From a virus: a DNA stretch of 64,000 nt. Below are positions 63,701-64,000 of this stretch, in pieces. Positions within the stretch are counted from its first letter, which is position 1; each line of letters begins with the position of its first letter. The notes under the pieces were generated by a model. It worked only from the letters and a program-made list of their open reading frames with translations, was not told where the DNA came from and did no database searches. The DNA is taken from the IMG/VR virus record IMGVR_UViG_3300030419_006726, positions 1-64,000 of that record; one strand, 5' to 3'. A program made the translations under genes and the position numbers.

Positions 63701-64000
63701 GGAAGAAAAGGGTTCTTATCTTATATTTTGTCTGACACCATGGGTGTTCCCTACACAAGACACTTGTCGCGCACAAGAGTGAGGCTTTTTTATTACAACT
63801 CCGTAGATGAGGTTCCGACCTGGGCGCAGAGCGGCACCTTCACAGATGTGTCTAAAGGGTTTCTCCCATCCACAGTCGCAGTTTGGCTACAAGACAGTTT
63901 ACAGAGTTCAGATTTTATATACAGCGCCACAAATTCGTCTGCTGGCAGCATAGACCTTGAACAAATGATACAACTGCGATCGGATGCCGGCACGGCCGAC
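60761..64000 (+). CDS. very large Cys-rich putative virion protein, partial (runs off the window)
   Basis: AGGAG SD, ATG 60761 MAESIFRQFQDAD..; frame open at all spot-checked positions through ..LRSDAGTAD; absent from the track presumably because no stop occurs in the window. Confidence 0.8.
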   Translation, partial: MAESIFRQFQDADSDGKHDVCADVSVPAVEPEPCPSCVPNAEAVVPNWIEQTEPFLNQKTCQYSVTIDTDYDGTGGDELESRMADEDYTYIDQAIERLLRFYGKLESREDDFVDEDGNLTGELGTVDALRLVAKVTDYHLGGDSIIPRTGAKMKFLVTIPAFNFDAIPASQDTDAEDSGPEIGGDSAFIDSIEMDVHEIKGYSRKVRALLRRYTSYHKIFHQLEAGKLVFENGKPWNGRDYAERLKDAIGELFDFIKNKDYKPSKGPGFDRAGSGRRYANKVTLGFGQDDNGGMKLTYVTITQTGCEDAATTFSCDREKLTGLLAAQDSAWTDPVIVGYASQLQDMAEMASAREPMPWKDYVIKYTNPSLSVSYMNNADKFTSCAAGDLNSGIRDGVEDFLSGIIDFSDIIAYKFAIGGCIELGNDGPTGALTPAEERRLKDRIFDEESRRSYANSMDACKDLPALLSSLIAKEGPVIENFWADIADTLRQCGMYAVMFEAMSCLLGGLSLDVALNKMLTAAFRNMSMKHMEAMWLGLPHERKGQINEELIRIYGSQDKPWFDQYDASISTTNPVMMRSTLGARVSESNEMILDAYIEAVFGVYTDVDSLMELLAELDKFPGQEIIARVLSVMDCPMPPIFSPPLGDFLKDLDLPFCRNTDPIVIPEFVFANPFTNFSLRFDLLKLAFDLALDQLLDLIARLIIELINKILSALCSFLCAAVDLTNLASLASESTTMIQDMVSSAFCTEEPTNEDVTATLEELFGNFSDASTDQLQAMSNETTVSDLTTGMSSVLTPDELNDLITGQAGTNTLNLLYNLIKTQYPEFLGAFRSPTSIGDMFRGIGDLLPADLKRDMQNRLDNRENLDETKPCFSICPTPSQLDDFQALRCALLSGLDGTTEDQCDEQFQKLKDRTADDLGKLSDIAQKGIGQHIADGLPDIGTGCDAIASINSDEMLSMSSEANADVSNFLQEILIHDLIGRKGFLSYILSDTMGVPYTRHLSRTRVRLFYYNSVDEVPTWAQSGTFTDVSKGFLPSTVAVWLQDSLQSSDFIYSATNSSAGSIDLEQMIQLRSDAGTAD

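Noticed and set aside
61178-63993. Short minus-strand ORFs at the end of the window
   Set aside because: They are antisense to the long open + strand frame starting at 60761.
1-64000. Alternative genetic code (stop-codon reassignment)
   Set aside because: Genes are full length and densely packed under the standard code, end in TAA, TAG and TGA, and no suppressor tRNA was seen.

Overview
This window is 64 kb of a large tailed dsDNA bacteriophage genome (jumbo/T4-like gene content). All supported genes lie on the + strand. Layout: (1) 1-5.5 kb is a visibly GC-rich, putative early module (double zinc-knuckle protein, MoxR-type AAA+ ATPase, DUF2201-like metallopeptidase/vWA). It carries four copies of an ECF-sigma-like promoter, CTTTGAATA-N14/15-ACGTCTAA. 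(2) 5.6-10.7 kb is a more AT-rich array of small KOW/SH3-like paralogs with a palindrome-rich non-coding gap. (3) 10.9-19.2 kb holds putative head/internal virion proteins with shared IIKEEL or (I/L)xE motifs, including a KxDG + cytidylyltransferase fusion. (4) 19.3-31.3 kb is a host-takeover and translation region: Fis-like regulator, an unassigned ~120-nt structured RNA, tmRNA, six tRNAs, SpoU methylase, SlyD, Hsp20, thymidine kinase, PIN-PhoH and a Cas4-like nuclease. (5) 31.3-56.4 kb is a ~25 kb glycan island with two NeuB synthases, NeuA, three CstII/GT42-like sialyltransferases, a GT4-Maf fusion and many tailoring enzymes, but no export or polymerase genes. It is the best candidate for a new system: phage-encoded nonulosonic-acid glycosylation, probably of the virion. 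(6) 57.2-64 kb holds a gp55-like late sigma factor and baseplate/tail genes, ending in an ORF of at least 1080 codons that runs off the window. All calls come from motif recognition by eye; no database searches were run.
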